64,000 nucleotides of DNA from assembly GCA_018623195.1 (NCBI GenBank), contig JAAZVY010000001.1:15193-79192 (forward strand). The letters are read 5' to 3'. Position 1 is the first letter of the stretch. The number at the start of each line of letters is the position of its first letter. The notes below the pieces were generated by a model, which saw only the letters and a list, made by a program, of their open reading frames with translations, searched no databases and was not told the DNA's origin. The stretch comes from Flavobacteriaceae bacterium. GTDB taxonomy: Bacteria; Bacteroidota; Bacteroidia; Flavobacteriales; Flavobacteriaceae. Below, piece by piece: positions 9,674-19,512 of the stretch. A program made the translations under genes and the position numbers.

Positions 9674-10180
9674 TTAGTTCTTCTTTTTTTTCTTTTTTTT
9701 CTTCTTCCCTGAATTGTCTTTTAGCTTCTTAAAATTTCTCTCCTTGAGTTCAAGGAGTTTCTCATAGGTAGCCAGAGACAATTCTAATTTTAATCGTTCG
9801 TTCTCTAAATCATTTAGTTTTCGGAACGATTCTGTTAGTGTCTTCGGATCTACCTTTAAAATCTGTAACTCAATTCTCTTCTTTGTGAATTCAAGTAATA
9901 TTGATCTCAAAATAGCTTCTTCAAATGGGTCGATAGCTAGAGCTTCTTTAACCTTAACCATCTCAAGCTCGGTAATTTCTTCAGCAGTTAATGGAGCTTC
10001 GGGCTCAGCAGCTACATTTGTTCTTGGAACACTGCTACGCATTCTTCCCATTCCACTGTAGGGGTTATAACCATAACCACCAAAACCACCCATTCCAAAT
10101 TGTCCTTGGACACTTTCTTGACTGCCTAATACCAATAACAATGCCAAAACAATTTTGAAAACGTTAAAATCTTTCTTCAT
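9674..10180 (-). CDS. hypothetical secreted protein with a Gly/Tyr-rich N-terminus and a poly-lysine C-terminal tail
   Basis: 168 aa. It has a signal peptide (LALLLVLGSQESVQG), a low-complexity stretch FGMGGFGGYGYNPYSGMG, a helical region, and ends in K9-N. It sits 11 nt from both flanking genes on the same strand. Confidence 0.6.
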   Translation of the reverse strand: MKKDFNVFKIVLALLLVLGSQESVQGQFGMGGFGGYGYNPYSGMGRMRSSVPRTNVAAEPEAPLTAEEITELEMVKVKEALAIDPFEEAILRSILLEFTKKRIELQILKVDPKTLTESFRKLNDLENERLKLELSLATYEKLLELKERNFKKLKDNSGKKKKKKKKKN

Positions 10181-10191
10181 CGGTGTATTTT

Positions 10192-11299
10192 TTAAAATTC
10201 ATCTTCGGTTTGCTTTTGTCCGTTGGACATGAGAAAGGCTTTGAGGAATAGATCAATTTCACCATTCATTACCGCTTCTACATTTCCTGTTTCAACACTC
10301 GTACGGACATCTTTAACGAGTTTGTAGGGGTGCATTACGTAATTTCTTATCTGAGAACCCCATTCAATCTTCATCTTAGAATCTTCGATTTCACGACGGG
10401 CTTCCATTCTCTTTCGAAGTTCGATCTCATAAAGTTGAGATCGTAACATTTGCATCGCCGTTGCTCTATTGTCGTGTTGAGAGCGCGATTCAGAACAGCT
10501 AATTTGAATGCCTGTTGGTTTGTGAACGAGCTGTACTTTCGTCTCTACCTTGTTTACATTTTGTCCGCCAGCACCACTAGATCGAGCGGTTGTAATTTCA
10601 ATATCTGCCGGGTTAACCTCAATGGAAATACTGTCATCAACTAATGGATACACATAAACCGAGGCAAATGAAGTGTGCCTCTTTGCGTTACTGTCAAAAG
10701 GGGATATGCGAACCAGTCTGTGCACACCGTTTTCCCCTTTGAGCCAGCCAAATGCAAAAGGACCATTAATCTCGATAGTAACGGTTTTAATACCTGCAAC
10801 ATCTCCTTCTTGAAAGTTGAGTTCTTTGACATTGTATCCGTGAGAATTGGCCCACATCAAATACATTCTCATCAGCATGGATGCCCAGTCACAACTTTCT
10901 GTGCCCCCTGCACCAGCCGTTATTTGAAGGACAGCGGGTAAATCATCACCCTCCTCGGAAAGCATGTTTTTAAACTCTAAATCTTCAATTTGTTTTTCGA
11001 GCCCGTCTAATGCTTTATTGACATCTTCTTCGGTAGCTTCTCCTAGTGAGATGAACTCTGAAAGAACCTCTACTTCTCCATACAATTCTTCGGCCTCCTC
11101 GAACTGCTCGACCCATGATTCCAGAATTTTGAGCTTCTTCATTTGCTCTTGTGCTGATTTGGGCTCATCCCAAAAACCTGCAGCTAGCGTTTTTTCAGTC
11201 TCATTTTCGATCGCAATCTTTTTGCCATCTATGTCAAAGATACCTCCTTAACGCACCTAGGCGTTCAAAAAGATCTTTTTGTCGTTCTGTTCGACTCAT
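10192..11299 (-). CDS. prfB: peptide chain release factor 2, requiring a programmed +1 ribosomal frameshift
   Basis: Frame 0 runs 11299..11237 ([21 protein letters not shown]) and meets an in-frame TGA at 11236..11234. After skipping nt 11236, the frame continues 11235..10192 ([12 protein letters not shown]...). The body carries the RF2 SPF tripeptide context ([15 protein letters not shown]) and the GGQ motif ([10 protein letters not shown]). Confidence 0.93.
11233..11248 (-). promoter_or_regulatory. prfB: RF2 autoregulatory +1 frameshift site
   Basis: The minus strand reads AGGAGG TAT CTT TGA C. That is an SD-like element, a 3-nt spacer, the slippery CTT, then TGA followed by C, nearly identical to the E. 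coli prfB site. Confidence 0.9.
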
Positions 11300-11324
11300 A
11301 TCTACTTGGTAAGAATTTCGAACG

Positions 11325-11332
11325 CAAAAATA
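11325..11332 (-). promoter_or_regulatory. Bacteroidota-type -7 box (TATTTTTG on the minus strand) upstream of prfB
   Basis: Exact TAnnTTTG match, 26 nt upstream of the prfB ATG at 11299. Confidence 0.4.
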
Positions 11333-11394
11333 CTTATTAGTCTCCTGCTATTGTCTAAAAATTGAATAATTTAAACCCTTCAATATCATATCAA

Positions 11395-13830
11395 ATGAAA
11401 AGACTTCCACTTCTAACAACGTTATTCCTTTTTGTTTTTATTCCATCAGCACTTCTCGCACAAGACTTTAATCGGGTAAAAGATTTAAAGGCTATTCCGG
11501 GATTTTTAACGACCTATTACGATGAATCAGAGGATCGATTGTTTATGAAAGTGGATCGTCTTGAGGAGGAACTATTATACGTTACAGCCCTTAGCAGTGG
11601 GGTTGGTAGTAATGATATCGGTCTTGACAGGGGTCAATTGGGTACGACAAAAGTCGTTTATTTCAAAAAGGCTGGTAATAAATTACTTCTAATTGAACCG
11701 AATCAAGATTATCGCGCCCTTAGTGAAAATGCTCTTGAAAAAGCTTCAGTAAACCAAGCTTTTGCTAAATCGGTAATCGCAGGATTTACCATTCTAGAAA
11801 CGGCCAAAGATGGATCTTTTCTCATCGATTTAAACTCTTTATTGTTAAGAGATGCACATGGAGTGATTGATCGTTTGTCAGCTACTCAACAAGGAAATTA
11901 TCAATTAGATCTATCTCGTTCTGCACATCACAGAGAACGTTCGAAATCATTTGAGAAAAACATTTTGATAGATGTTTTATTGACTTTCTCTGGTAAACCT
12001 AAGGGCTATGAAATAAGGTCGGTTACACCAGATGCAAGTTTGGTTAGCGTAACTCAAATGCACTCATTTATTGAGTTACCTGAATTGGGTGGTTTTGAGA
12101 TGAGATCTTTTGATGCACGGTCAGGAGCATATCTATTCCGTTTCTTTGATTATGCTTCACCAGTAAATGGAGGAACAGCTAAAGATTTTATTCGCAGACA
12201 TCGATTAGAGAAAAAAGATCCCAATGCAGCGATAAGCGAAGCCGTAGAGCCTATCGTCTATTATTTAGATAATGGTACTCCTGAACCTGTACGAACTGCT
12301 CTTTTAGAGGGTGGTCGTTGGTGGAATCAAGCCTTTGAAGCTATCGGATATAAAGATGCTTTTCAAGTAAAGATGCTACCAGATGATGCTGATCCGTTAG
12401 ATATTAGATACAACGTAATTCAATGGGTTCACCGATCGACAAGAGGTTGGAGTTATGGTTCTAGTGTTACCGATCCTAGAACCGGTGAAATATTAAAAGG
12501 TCATGTAAGTTTAGGTAGCCTGAGAATTCGTCAAGATTACCTCATTGCTCAAGGTCTTTACAATCAACCGTACAATAAGTTAAGTGTTCATGAGCAAACG
12601 ATGTTAGATATGGCTTTGAATCGCATTAGACAGCTGTCTGCTCATGAAATTGGTCACACCTTAGGTTTTGCGCACAATTTCGCTGCAAGCACTAATGATC
12701 GTGCTTCAGTGATGGATTATCCACACCCACTAGTTTTAGAAGGTGCTGGGGATCAATTTGATTTCAGTGAAGCCTATGATAAGGGAATAGGAGATTGGGA
12801 TAAAGTGACTGTTGCTTATGCCTATAGCGACTTCGGCGATGGTATTGATGAAAATCAAGCGCTACAGGAGATTTTAGAAACTGCGGAGAAGGCAGGGTTA
12901 CGTTATTTAACTGATTCCGATGCACGACCTGCTGGATCTGCGAGTGCTACTGCTCATCTTTGGGACAATGGAACCGATATTACTGAAGAGTTATATCGTT
13001 TACTCGATTTAAGAGCTAAAGCGATTAGTCGATTCTCGTTGGATAATGTACCTGATCATTCCCCCGTTGCACTCTTAGAGGATGTTTTTGTTCCGCTTTA
13101 TTTTTCACATCGTTATCAAACCGAAGCGGTGTCTAAATTAATTGGTGGCATTGACTATAGTTATGCATATACTGATGCAACAGAGTTTCATCACCAGGTA
13201 AGTAAAAAGGAACAAGAAAAGGCATTGAAGGCGCTGATTCGAACGCTTGAACCTGAAACGTTAGAGATACCTGAGTATTTGCGTTCTGTTTTTGGACCGA
13301 GAACTTACGGATATGGTAGAACCAGAGAATCTTTTGAATCTAAACTGGGAGTAGCATTTGATCCTTTGGCAGCGGCCGAGACTGCAGCTTCGACGACCTT
13401 AAAATTCATCTTGCATCCAGAAAGAGCCAATCGAGTTTATCAACAAGGCTTATTCGATAAGAATCAGTTATCTCTTCAAGATATGATTAAGCAACTATTA
13501 GACGACACCGTTCGAAGTATGAATTCGAAGGATCCGTATTACAACGCTATTGAAGAGATAGTGGCTTGGCAAACTTTAGATGAATTGATGAAGTTGTCTT
13601 CTTCAGACAAGGTTTATCCGCAGGTGACTGAAGTTATTTTGTTAGAAATGATGCGACTTAAAACCCATCTTGAAAATAGCGCGACCGATCCCACTGCGAT
13701 TTACTTAAGAAAGCAAGTAGAACGTTTTATTGGTAACCCTACGGGATATAAGTCTAATGAGTCCTCTGTTCGTATCCCTGACGGGTCTCCAATAGGACAA
13801 GAGGTAATGTGTAATTTTAGTTGGAATTAA
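11395..13830 (+). CDS. secreted zinc-dependent metalloprotease (metzincin-like, DUF5117/DUF5118-type architecture)
   Basis: HEIGHTLGFAHNF zinc-binding motif. The signal peptide begins at MKRLPLLTTLFLFVFIPSALLAQ, so I chose the ATG at 11395 over the TTG at 11362. Confidence 0.8.
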   Translation: MKRLPLLTTLFLFVFIPSALLAQDFNRVKDLKAIPGFLTTYYDESEDRLFMKVDRLEEELLYVTALSSGVGSNDIGLDRGQLGTTKVVYFKKAGNKLLLIEPNQDYRALSENALEKASVNQAFAKSVIAGFTILETAKDGSFLIDLNSLLLRDAHGVIDRLSATQQGNYQLDLSRSAHHRERSKSFEKNILIDVLLTFSGKPKGYEIRSVTPDASLVSVTQMHSFIELPELGGFEMRSFDARSGAYLFRFFDYASPVNGGTAKDFIRRHRLEKKDPNAAISEAVEPIVYYLDNGTPEPVRTALLEGGRWWNQAFEAIGYKDAFQVKMLPDDADPLDIRYNVIQWVHRSTRGWSYGSSVTDPRTGEILKGHVSLGSLRIRQDYLIAQGLYNQPYNKLSVHEQTMLDMALNRIRQLSAHEIGHTLGFAHNFAASTNDRASVMDYPHPLVLEGAGDQFDFSEAYDKGIGDWDKVTVAYAYSDFGDGIDENQALQEILETAEKAGLRYLTDSDARPAGSASATAHLWDNGTDITEELYRLLDLRAKAISRFSLDNVPDHSPVALLEDVFVPLYFSHRYQTEAVSKLIGGIDYSYAYTDATEFHHQVSKKEQEKALKALIRTLEPETLEIPEYLRSVFGPRTYGYGRTRESFESKLGVAFDPLAAAETAASTTLKFILHPERANRVYQQGLFDKNQLSLQDMIKQLLDDTVRSMNSKDPYYNAIEEIVAWQTLDELMKLSSSDKVYPQVTEVILLEMMRLKTHLENSATDPTAIYLRKQVERFIGNPTGYKSNESSVRIPDGSPIGQEVMCNFSWN

Positions 13831-13833
13831 TTA

Positions 13834-15894
13834 GTGGAGCACCTTTATACACCCCCCAGAGCACCGAAGTACCCCAAAAAATTAGTAAAACATAGTCACG
13901 AAAGAGAAGATCCTTTTTACTGGATGTGTGATCGTGAGCATCCCGAACTTTTAGACTATCTCAAGAAAGAAAACGAATATTTTAATCGCGATACTGAACA
14001 TCTTGAACCTTTTAGAGAATCTCTTTACAAGGAGATGAGAAGTCGAATTAAGGAGGACGATCGCTCGCTCCCTCTTTTTAAAAATGGCTTTTGGTATCAA
14101 AGTGAATACAAAGAAGGTAAAGAGTATCCGATTTATTCTCGTTTTAAGAAGGAGAATGGTGAAGGCAAGGAATTGCTATTCGATGTTAATGAGTTAGCTT
14201 CTGCTTATTCGTATTACCATTTTAAAGGACTGAAAGTAAGTCCTAATAATCAACTGGCTTTATTTGCTGAGGATACCGTTTCACGAAGACAGTATACCTT
14301 AAAAATTAAAAATTTAGAGACCGGTCAGTTATTAGATGACGTAATTGAAAATACTACCGGAACCGCTTGCTGGGCATCGGATAACAAAACATTCTTCTAT
14401 GTGAAGAAGGACCCCCAAACCCTTCGTAGTTATCGAGTATATCGACATCAAATAGGACAGGAATTAGAAGAGGATGAACTCGTTTTTGAAGAGGATGATG
14501 AAACTTTTAATGTTGGAATTTTTAAGCCTAAAAGCGAGGACTATATTTTCATTGTCTCTTCTTCAACGCTAACTACAGAATATCGTTTTATAAAATCAGA
14601 TGATCCCAACGCATCATTCCGGGTTTTCTCGAAGAGAGAGCGAGGCCTAGAATATAGCCTTGACCATTATCAAGATCACTTTTACTTACTCACCAATAAG
14701 GACGGAGCCACCAATTTTAAATTGATGAAGACCTCGGTATTAGCTACCGAAAGTGACCATTGGGAAGAATTTATTCCACATCGACCCGATATTCTTCTGG
14801 AAGATGTTGAGTTTTTTGAAAAATTTTATGTCCTATCGGAGCGGAAAAGAGGACTGACTTCTTTACAGATTTATGATTGGGAGGATCATTCTTTCTATAC
14901 GGTTGCGATGGAAGGAGAGACCTATGTTTGCGATATTCATGAAAATCCTGAGTTTAAAACGACCAAGCTTCGTTATTATTACAATTCAATGACGCGCCCG
15001 GGGAGTGTCTATGAAATAGATATGGAAACCCGCGAAACTCGATTACTAAAACAACAAGAAGTATTAGGGGGTTATTCTCCTTCAGATTATATCTCTGAGC
15101 GAGTTTGGGTAAAGGCTAGGGATGGTGTTTCAGTGCCTGTATCTCTGGTAAAACATAAGGACACCCCGAAGAATGCACCAACGTTGATCTACGGATATGG
15201 TTCTTATGGACACACTATCGATCCTTATTTCTCATCTACAAGACTCACTTTACTCAATAGAGGTTTTGTATTTGCGATAGCTCATATTCGTGGTGGAGAA
15301 TATCTTGGTCGAGAGTGGTACGAGACGGGTAAATTAGAATTAAAGAGTAATACGTTTAATGACTTCGTTGACGCTTCAAAGGGGCTTGTTTCTTTGGGAA
15401 TCGCTAGAGAAGATCGTTTATATGCAATGGGTGGTTCGGCTGGTGGACTTTTGGTTGGTGCAGTAATCAACACCAATCCTGAACTGTATCATGGGGTAAT
15501 TGCCGCAGTTCCTTTTGTAGATGTAGTGACAACCATGCTAGATGAGGATATCCCGTTAACCACGGGTGAGTACGATGAATGGGGAAATCCTAACGATCCT
15601 AAATTCTACGAAATTATGCTGTCTTATTCTCCTTATGATAATGTTCAGCCACAAAAATACCCCAATATCTATGTGTCTACTGGTTTTCACGACTCGCAGG
15701 TGCAATATTGGGAACCAGCGAAATGGGTGGCAAAACTTCGTGAATGCCAACTAGCCGATCATAAAATTTATTTAGATACTAACTTAGAAACGGGTCATGG
15801 AGGGGCTTCGGGTCGATTTGAGCAATTAAAAGAGCTCGCTAAAGAGTACGCTTTCATCTTAAACCTATGTGATCCCTCACTTTGTAGAGTTTAA
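13834..15894 (+). CDS. ptrB: S9A prolyl oligopeptidase family serine peptidase, oligopeptidase B-like
   Basis: 686 aa with an N-terminal beta-propeller region and a C-terminal alpha/beta hydrolase. The catalytic Ser is in GGSAGGLL and the His in ETGHGG. The apparent start is GTG, 3 nt after the preceding stop. Confidence 0.85.
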   Translation: MEHLYTPPRAPKYPKKLVKHSHEREDPFYWMCDREHPELLDYLKKENEYFNRDTEHLEPFRESLYKEMRSRIKEDDRSLPLFKNGFWYQSEYKEGKEYPIYSRFKKENGEGKELLFDVNELASAYSYYHFKGLKVSPNNQLALFAEDTVSRRQYTLKIKNLETGQLLDDVIENTTGTACWASDNKTFFYVKKDPQTLRSYRVYRHQIGQELEEDELVFEEDDETFNVGIFKPKSEDYIFIVSSSTLTTEYRFIKSDDPNASFRVFSKRERGLEYSLDHYQDHFYLLTNKDGATNFKLMKTSVLATESDHWEEFIPHRPDILLEDVEFFEKFYVLSERKRGLTSLQIYDWEDHSFYTVAMEGETYVCDIHENPEFKTTKLRYYYNSMTRPGSVYEIDMETRETRLLKQQEVLGGYSPSDYISERVWVKARDGVSVPVSLVKHKDTPKNAPTLIYGYGSYGHTIDPYFSSTRLTLLNRGFVFAIAHIRGGEYLGREWYETGKLELKSNTFNDFVDASKGLVSLGIAREDRLYAMGGSAGGLLVGAVINTNPELYHGVIAAVPFVDVVTTMLDEDIPLTTGEYDEWGNPNDPKFYEIMLSYSPYDNVQPQKYPNIYVSTGFHDSQVQYWEPAKWVAKLRECQLADHKIYLDTNLETGHGGASGRFEQLKELAKEYAFILNLCDPSLCRV

Positions 15895-16987
15895 TTATCT
15901 TTGTGATAAATTTTTGAATTTGTTCTCACTTTTTAAAAAGAGTAAAAATATTCAAGCGTCTGAGTCCATCTTAGACTTGGTAGGTAATACACCGCTTGTA
16001 AATCTTCAGAAGGTTACTGCTGATTATCCGGGTCAGTTCTATGCTAAATTGGAATGGTTTAATCCGGGACAGTCTTCTAAAGACCGAATTGCCTTATCGA
16101 TTATTGAGAATGCCGAAGCTAAAGGGTTAATAAAACCGGGTAGTACCATTGTCGAAACTACTTCAGGTAATACCGGTTTTAGTTTAGCTATGGCAAGTAT
16201 GGTGAAAGGGTACAAATGTATTCTTGCGGTAAGCTCGAAATCCTCACAGGATAAAATTGATGGTTTAAAGGCCATGGGTGCAGAGGTTCATGTCTGTCCT
16301 GCACACGTAGCAGCTGACGATCCTCGATCGTACTACGAAGTAGCCAAAAGAATTCACGCTGAAACTCCGAATTCGATATATATCAATCAGTACTTTAATG
16401 AACTGAACACGGAGGCACACTATAAGACCACAGGACCTGAGATTTGGAGGCAAACTGCTGGTAGAATTACACACCTAGTGGCCTGTAGCGGTACAGGTGG
16501 CACTATATCTGGAACGGCTAGGTACCTGAAAGAAAAAAATCCGAGTATCCAGATTTTAGGGGTAGATGCCTACGGATCAGTGATAAAAAAATATCACGAA
16601 ACCGGAAAGTTTGACGAAAATGAAATTCATCCTTACCGTATTGAAGGACTAGGTAAGAATTTAATTCCTAGTGCTACTGACTTTAGTGTGATTGACACCT
16701 TTGTTAAGGTTACCGATAAAGACGCCGCCCTAGCGGCTAGAAATCTTGCTCGAACTGAAGGTATATTTGCTGGTTATACCGCAGGCGCTGCACTACGTGC
16801 TACTGAGCTGTATAATGATCAAAATATATTTGACGAGAATAGTGTGGTAGTCATTATTCTACCCGACCATGGATCCCGCTATTTGAGCAAAATTTACAGC
16901 GAGAAGTGGATGACTGAACAAGGTTTTATCGATGCTGAAGATTTAGTTCAGACTTCTGATAAATCAGCTGTCACAAATTCACAGTAA
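15869..16987 (+). CDS. PLP-dependent cysteine synthase / cystathionine beta-synthase family enzyme without Bateman (CBS) domains; candidate cysteate synthase (CapA-like)
   Basis: Fold-type II PLP motifs are present: [11 protein letters not shown] (PLP lysine), TSGNTG and GTGGTISG. The start is uncertain. The maximal ORF starts at GTG 15869 and overlaps ptrB. In-frame TTG codons at 15914 and 15920 are alternatives, and there is no nearby in-frame ATG. Confidence 0.8.
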   Translation: MIPHFVEFNYLCDKFLNLFSLFKKSKNIQASESILDLVGNTPLVNLQKVTADYPGQFYAKLEWFNPGQSSKDRIALSIIENAEAKGLIKPGSTIVETTSGNTGFSLAMASMVKGYKCILAVSSKSSQDKIDGLKAMGAEVHVCPAHVAADDPRSYYEVAKRIHAETPNSIYINQYFNELNTEAHYKTTGPEIWRQTAGRITHLVACSGTGGTISGTARYLKEKNPSIQILGVDAYGSVIKKYHETGKFDENEIHPYRIEGLGKNLIPSATDFSVIDTFVKVTDKDAALAARNLARTEGIFAGYTAGAALRATELYNDQNIFDENSVVVIILPDHGSRYLSKIYSEKWMTEQGFIDAEDLVQTSDKSAVTNSQ

Positions 16988-17013
16988 AATTCTAAGGGTA
17001 AATGTATAAATCT

Positions 17014-17021
17014 TACTTTTG
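17014..17021 (+). promoter_or_regulatory. Bacteroidota-type -7 box (TACTTTTG)
   Basis: Exact TAnnTTTG match, 28 nt upstream of the ATG at 17049. Confidence 0.4.
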
Positions 17022-17048
17022 CCCAATATTTCATAATGTTATAGATAT

Positions 17049-18308
17049 ATGAGAGATTTATTTGATCGAATCATCGAGAATAAGGGTCCATTAGGAAAGT
17101 GGGCGTCACATGCAGAAGGATACTTTGTGTTTCCAAAATTAGAAGGGCCTATTTCGAATCGAATGAAATTTCAAGGAAAAGAAGTACTTACTTGGAGTAT
17201 CAATGACTATTTAGGACTAGCGAACTTAGATGAAGTTAAGGCCGTAGACGCTGAAGCTGCTGCTACTTATGGAGCGGCCTACCCAATGGGAGCTCGTATG
17301 ATGAGTGGCCATACTGATTTTCATGAGCAACTTCAAAACGAACTCGCAGATTTTGTGAATAAGGAAGCGGCTTACTTGTTGAATTTCGGTTATCAAGGTA
17401 TTATGTCTGCGATTGATGCCTTAGTATCAAAAGATGATATTATCGTTTATGACGTAGATTGCCACGCCTGTATTATTGATGGGGTTCGACTTCATATGGG
17501 GAAGCGTTTCACCTTTCAACACAATGATATTGAAAGCCTAGAGAAGAATTTGGAGAGAGCTACAAAGCTTGCTGAACAACAGAATGGAGGTATTCTCGTA
17601 ATTTCTGAGGGAGTTTTTGGTATGCGTGGTGAACAAGGAAAGCTGAAAGAAATCGTTGAACTGAAAAAGAAATTCAAATTTAGACTTCTAGTAGACGATG
17701 CACACGGTTTTGGTACTTTAGGTGCTACAGGGGCGGGTGCTGGTGAAGAGCAAGGAGTTCAAGACGATATTGACGTTTACTTTGCAACCTTTGCAAAATC
17801 ACTTGCAGGTATTGGAGCATTTCTTGCTGCAGATCAAGAGATTATCGATTACCTAAAGTACAATCTTAGATCTCAGATGTTTGCTAAATCATTACCGATG
17901 ATTTACGTAAAAGGAGCCCTAAAGCGATTAGATATGCTTCGTTCTCAACCAGAGCTGAAAGCAAAACTTTGGGAGAATGTAAATGCCTTACAGAGTGGAT
18001 TAAAAGAAAGAGGTTTTGACATTGGAACCACATCAAGTTGTGTTACTCCGGTTTACTTAAACGGTAGTATCCCTGAGGCAATGGCGCTTGTTAAGGATTT
18101 ACGTGAAAACCATGGAATTTTCTGTTCTATTGTAGTTTACCCGGTAATCCCTAAAGGCCTTATCTTACTTAGAATGATTCCTACTGCTACTCATACCCTT
18201 GAGGATGTAGCGATTACGTTAGATGCTTTCTCAGCAATACGTGAAAGATTAGAGAATGGAACTTACAAAAGACTTTCGGCAGCGGTTAGTGCTGCAATGA
18301 ATGAATAA
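17049..18308 (+). CDS. alpha-oxoamine synthase family PLP enzyme (Kbl/BioF/serine palmitoyltransferase-like); candidate cysteate-C-fatty acyltransferase (CapB-like)
   Basis: 419 aa of the class I/II aminotransferase fold. The PLP-lysine context is ATFAKSLAG, and the DDAHGFG and ISEGVFGMRG motifs are typical of acyl-CoA-condensing AONS enzymes. Confidence 0.8.
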   Translation: MRDLFDRIIENKGPLGKWASHAEGYFVFPKLEGPISNRMKFQGKEVLTWSINDYLGLANLDEVKAVDAEAAATYGAAYPMGARMMSGHTDFHEQLQNELADFVNKEAAYLLNFGYQGIMSAIDALVSKDDIIVYDVDCHACIIDGVRLHMGKRFTFQHNDIESLEKNLERATKLAEQQNGGILVISEGVFGMRGEQGKLKEIVELKKKFKFRLLVDDAHGFGTLGATGAGAGEEQGVQDDIDVYFATFAKSLAGIGAFLAADQEIIDYLKYNLRSQMFAKSLPMIYVKGALKRLDMLRSQPELKAKLWENVNALQSGLKERGFDIGTTSSCVTPVYLNGSIPEAMALVKDLRENHGIFCSIVVYPVIPKGLILLRMIPTATHTLEDVAITLDAFSAIRERLENGTYKRLSAAVSAAMNE

Positions 18309-18328
18309 CTGAAATAATTTTCAGTGAT

Positions 18329-18361
18329 AAAAAAAAGGAGGCTAATGGCCTCCTTTTTTTA
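18329..18361. terminator. bidirectional intrinsic terminator between convergent genes
   Basis: 7-bp stem AGGAGGC/GCCTCCT (18336-18342/18348-18354) with loop TAATG. It is flanked by an A8 run and a T8 run. Confidence 0.8.
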
Positions 18362-19480
18362 TGTCAACAATTTTTTCATCGTTTGTCGCTTTTGGGTAGT
18401 GGTGGTATTGAAATTTACCCACAAGCGATGGATCGCATGATTGTCTTCTAATTCTGGGGTTCGATGACACATTTGAATCCCCCTTTTATCAAACTCACGT
18501 TTAAATTCGGTGAACAGAATAGAGGTAACCCCTTTTGATTGATATTCAGGAGTAATCCCAATCAGATAAAAGGTGACATCCTTTGAGAAGTATTTTGCCC
18601 ATAATAGATGGATGAACCCAAAAGGAAATAATTTACCATTTGCCTTTTTGAGTGCTTTTGCAAAAGAAGGCATAACAATAGCAAATGCAACAATTTTATC
18701 ATTAGCATCAACCACAAATTTGATGTACTCCGGGTTGATAAATGAAATGTATTTTTCTTTAAAGAACTTTTTCTGTCGTTCTGATATGGGCACGAAAGAA
18801 GATAGCTTGCTGTAACTCTCATTAAAGAGATCAAACATTTGATCCACTTTAGGCATTAAATCTTTAGTACGCTTGAAATTTACGGGCCGAAGATTATATC
18901 TCTTTTGTATAACCTCGCTGAAACCAGCAAAGAACTTAGGGTCTGCGTTTTCTGAAGGGAATTCACTTTCTATATATCCCTTTTCCTTTTCTAAACCATA
19001 AGCCTTGTAATGATCGATATAGTAGGCATGATTATACCAAGTGATCATGGTACCCATATTTTCAAAACCTTCGGTCATCACTCCGACTTTATCTAGGTTT
19101 GAGAAACCCACAGGGCCTTCCATGAACTCCAATTGATTCTCTTTCCCTATCTCAGTTACCTTATCAAGTAATGCCTTAGATACCTCGAGATCGTCAATAA
19201 AATCAAACCATCCGAATCTCATTTTCTTAAGGCCTTGCTGGTTTACTTCTACATGGTTGATAATAGCTGCAATGCGTCCGACAATTTCATTCCCCTTTAC
19301 CGCGACGAAAAAGCGTGCATCGGCGTGCTCAAAAACCGGGTTAAGCGTTTTGTCGAAACTACTAACCTCGTCACTAATGATTGGAGGAATCCAATAAGGA
19401 GTATTTTTATAGAGTTTAAAGGGAAACTTTACAAAATCGACGAGTTCTTTTTGTGTCTTTAATTCTTTGATCGTAATCAT
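18359..19480 (-). CDS. uncharacterised protein, probably a double GNAT-like acyltransferase fold
   Basis: 373 aa, cytoplasmic, with no transmembrane segment. The N-terminal region (FPFKLYKNTPYWIPPI ... IVGRIAAIINH) and the C-terminal YLIGITPEYQSKGV resemble acyl-CoA N-acyltransferase folds. The family assignment is tentative. Confidence 0.45.
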   Translation of the reverse strand: MITIKELKTQKELVDFVKFPFKLYKNTPYWIPPIISDEVSSFDKTLNPVFEHADARFFVAVKGNEIVGRIAAIINHVEVNQQGLKKMRFGWFDFIDDLEVSKALLDKVTEIGKENQLEFMEGPVGFSNLDKVGVMTEGFENMGTMITWYNHAYYIDHYKAYGLEKEKGYIESEFPSENADPKFFAGFSEVIQKRYNLRPVNFKRTKDLMPKVDQMFDLFNESYSKLSSFVPISERQKKFFKEKYISFINPEYIKFVVDANDKIVAFAIVMPSFAKALKKANGKLFPFGFIHLLWAKYFSKDVTFYLIGITPEYQSKGVTSILFTEFKREFDKRGIQMCHRTPELEDNHAIHRLWVNFNTTTTQKRQTMKKLLT

Positions 19481-19512
19481 AGCCCTAAATTAGCTTAAAT
19501 TCAACGTAATTC

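Noticed and set aside
10964-11251. A 95-aa plus-strand ORF antisense to the prfB 5' region and frameshift site.
   Set aside because: It is Ser-rich and low-complexity, and it is fully antisense to RF2 coding sequence. The prfB frameshift explains the apparent gap in coding on the minus strand.
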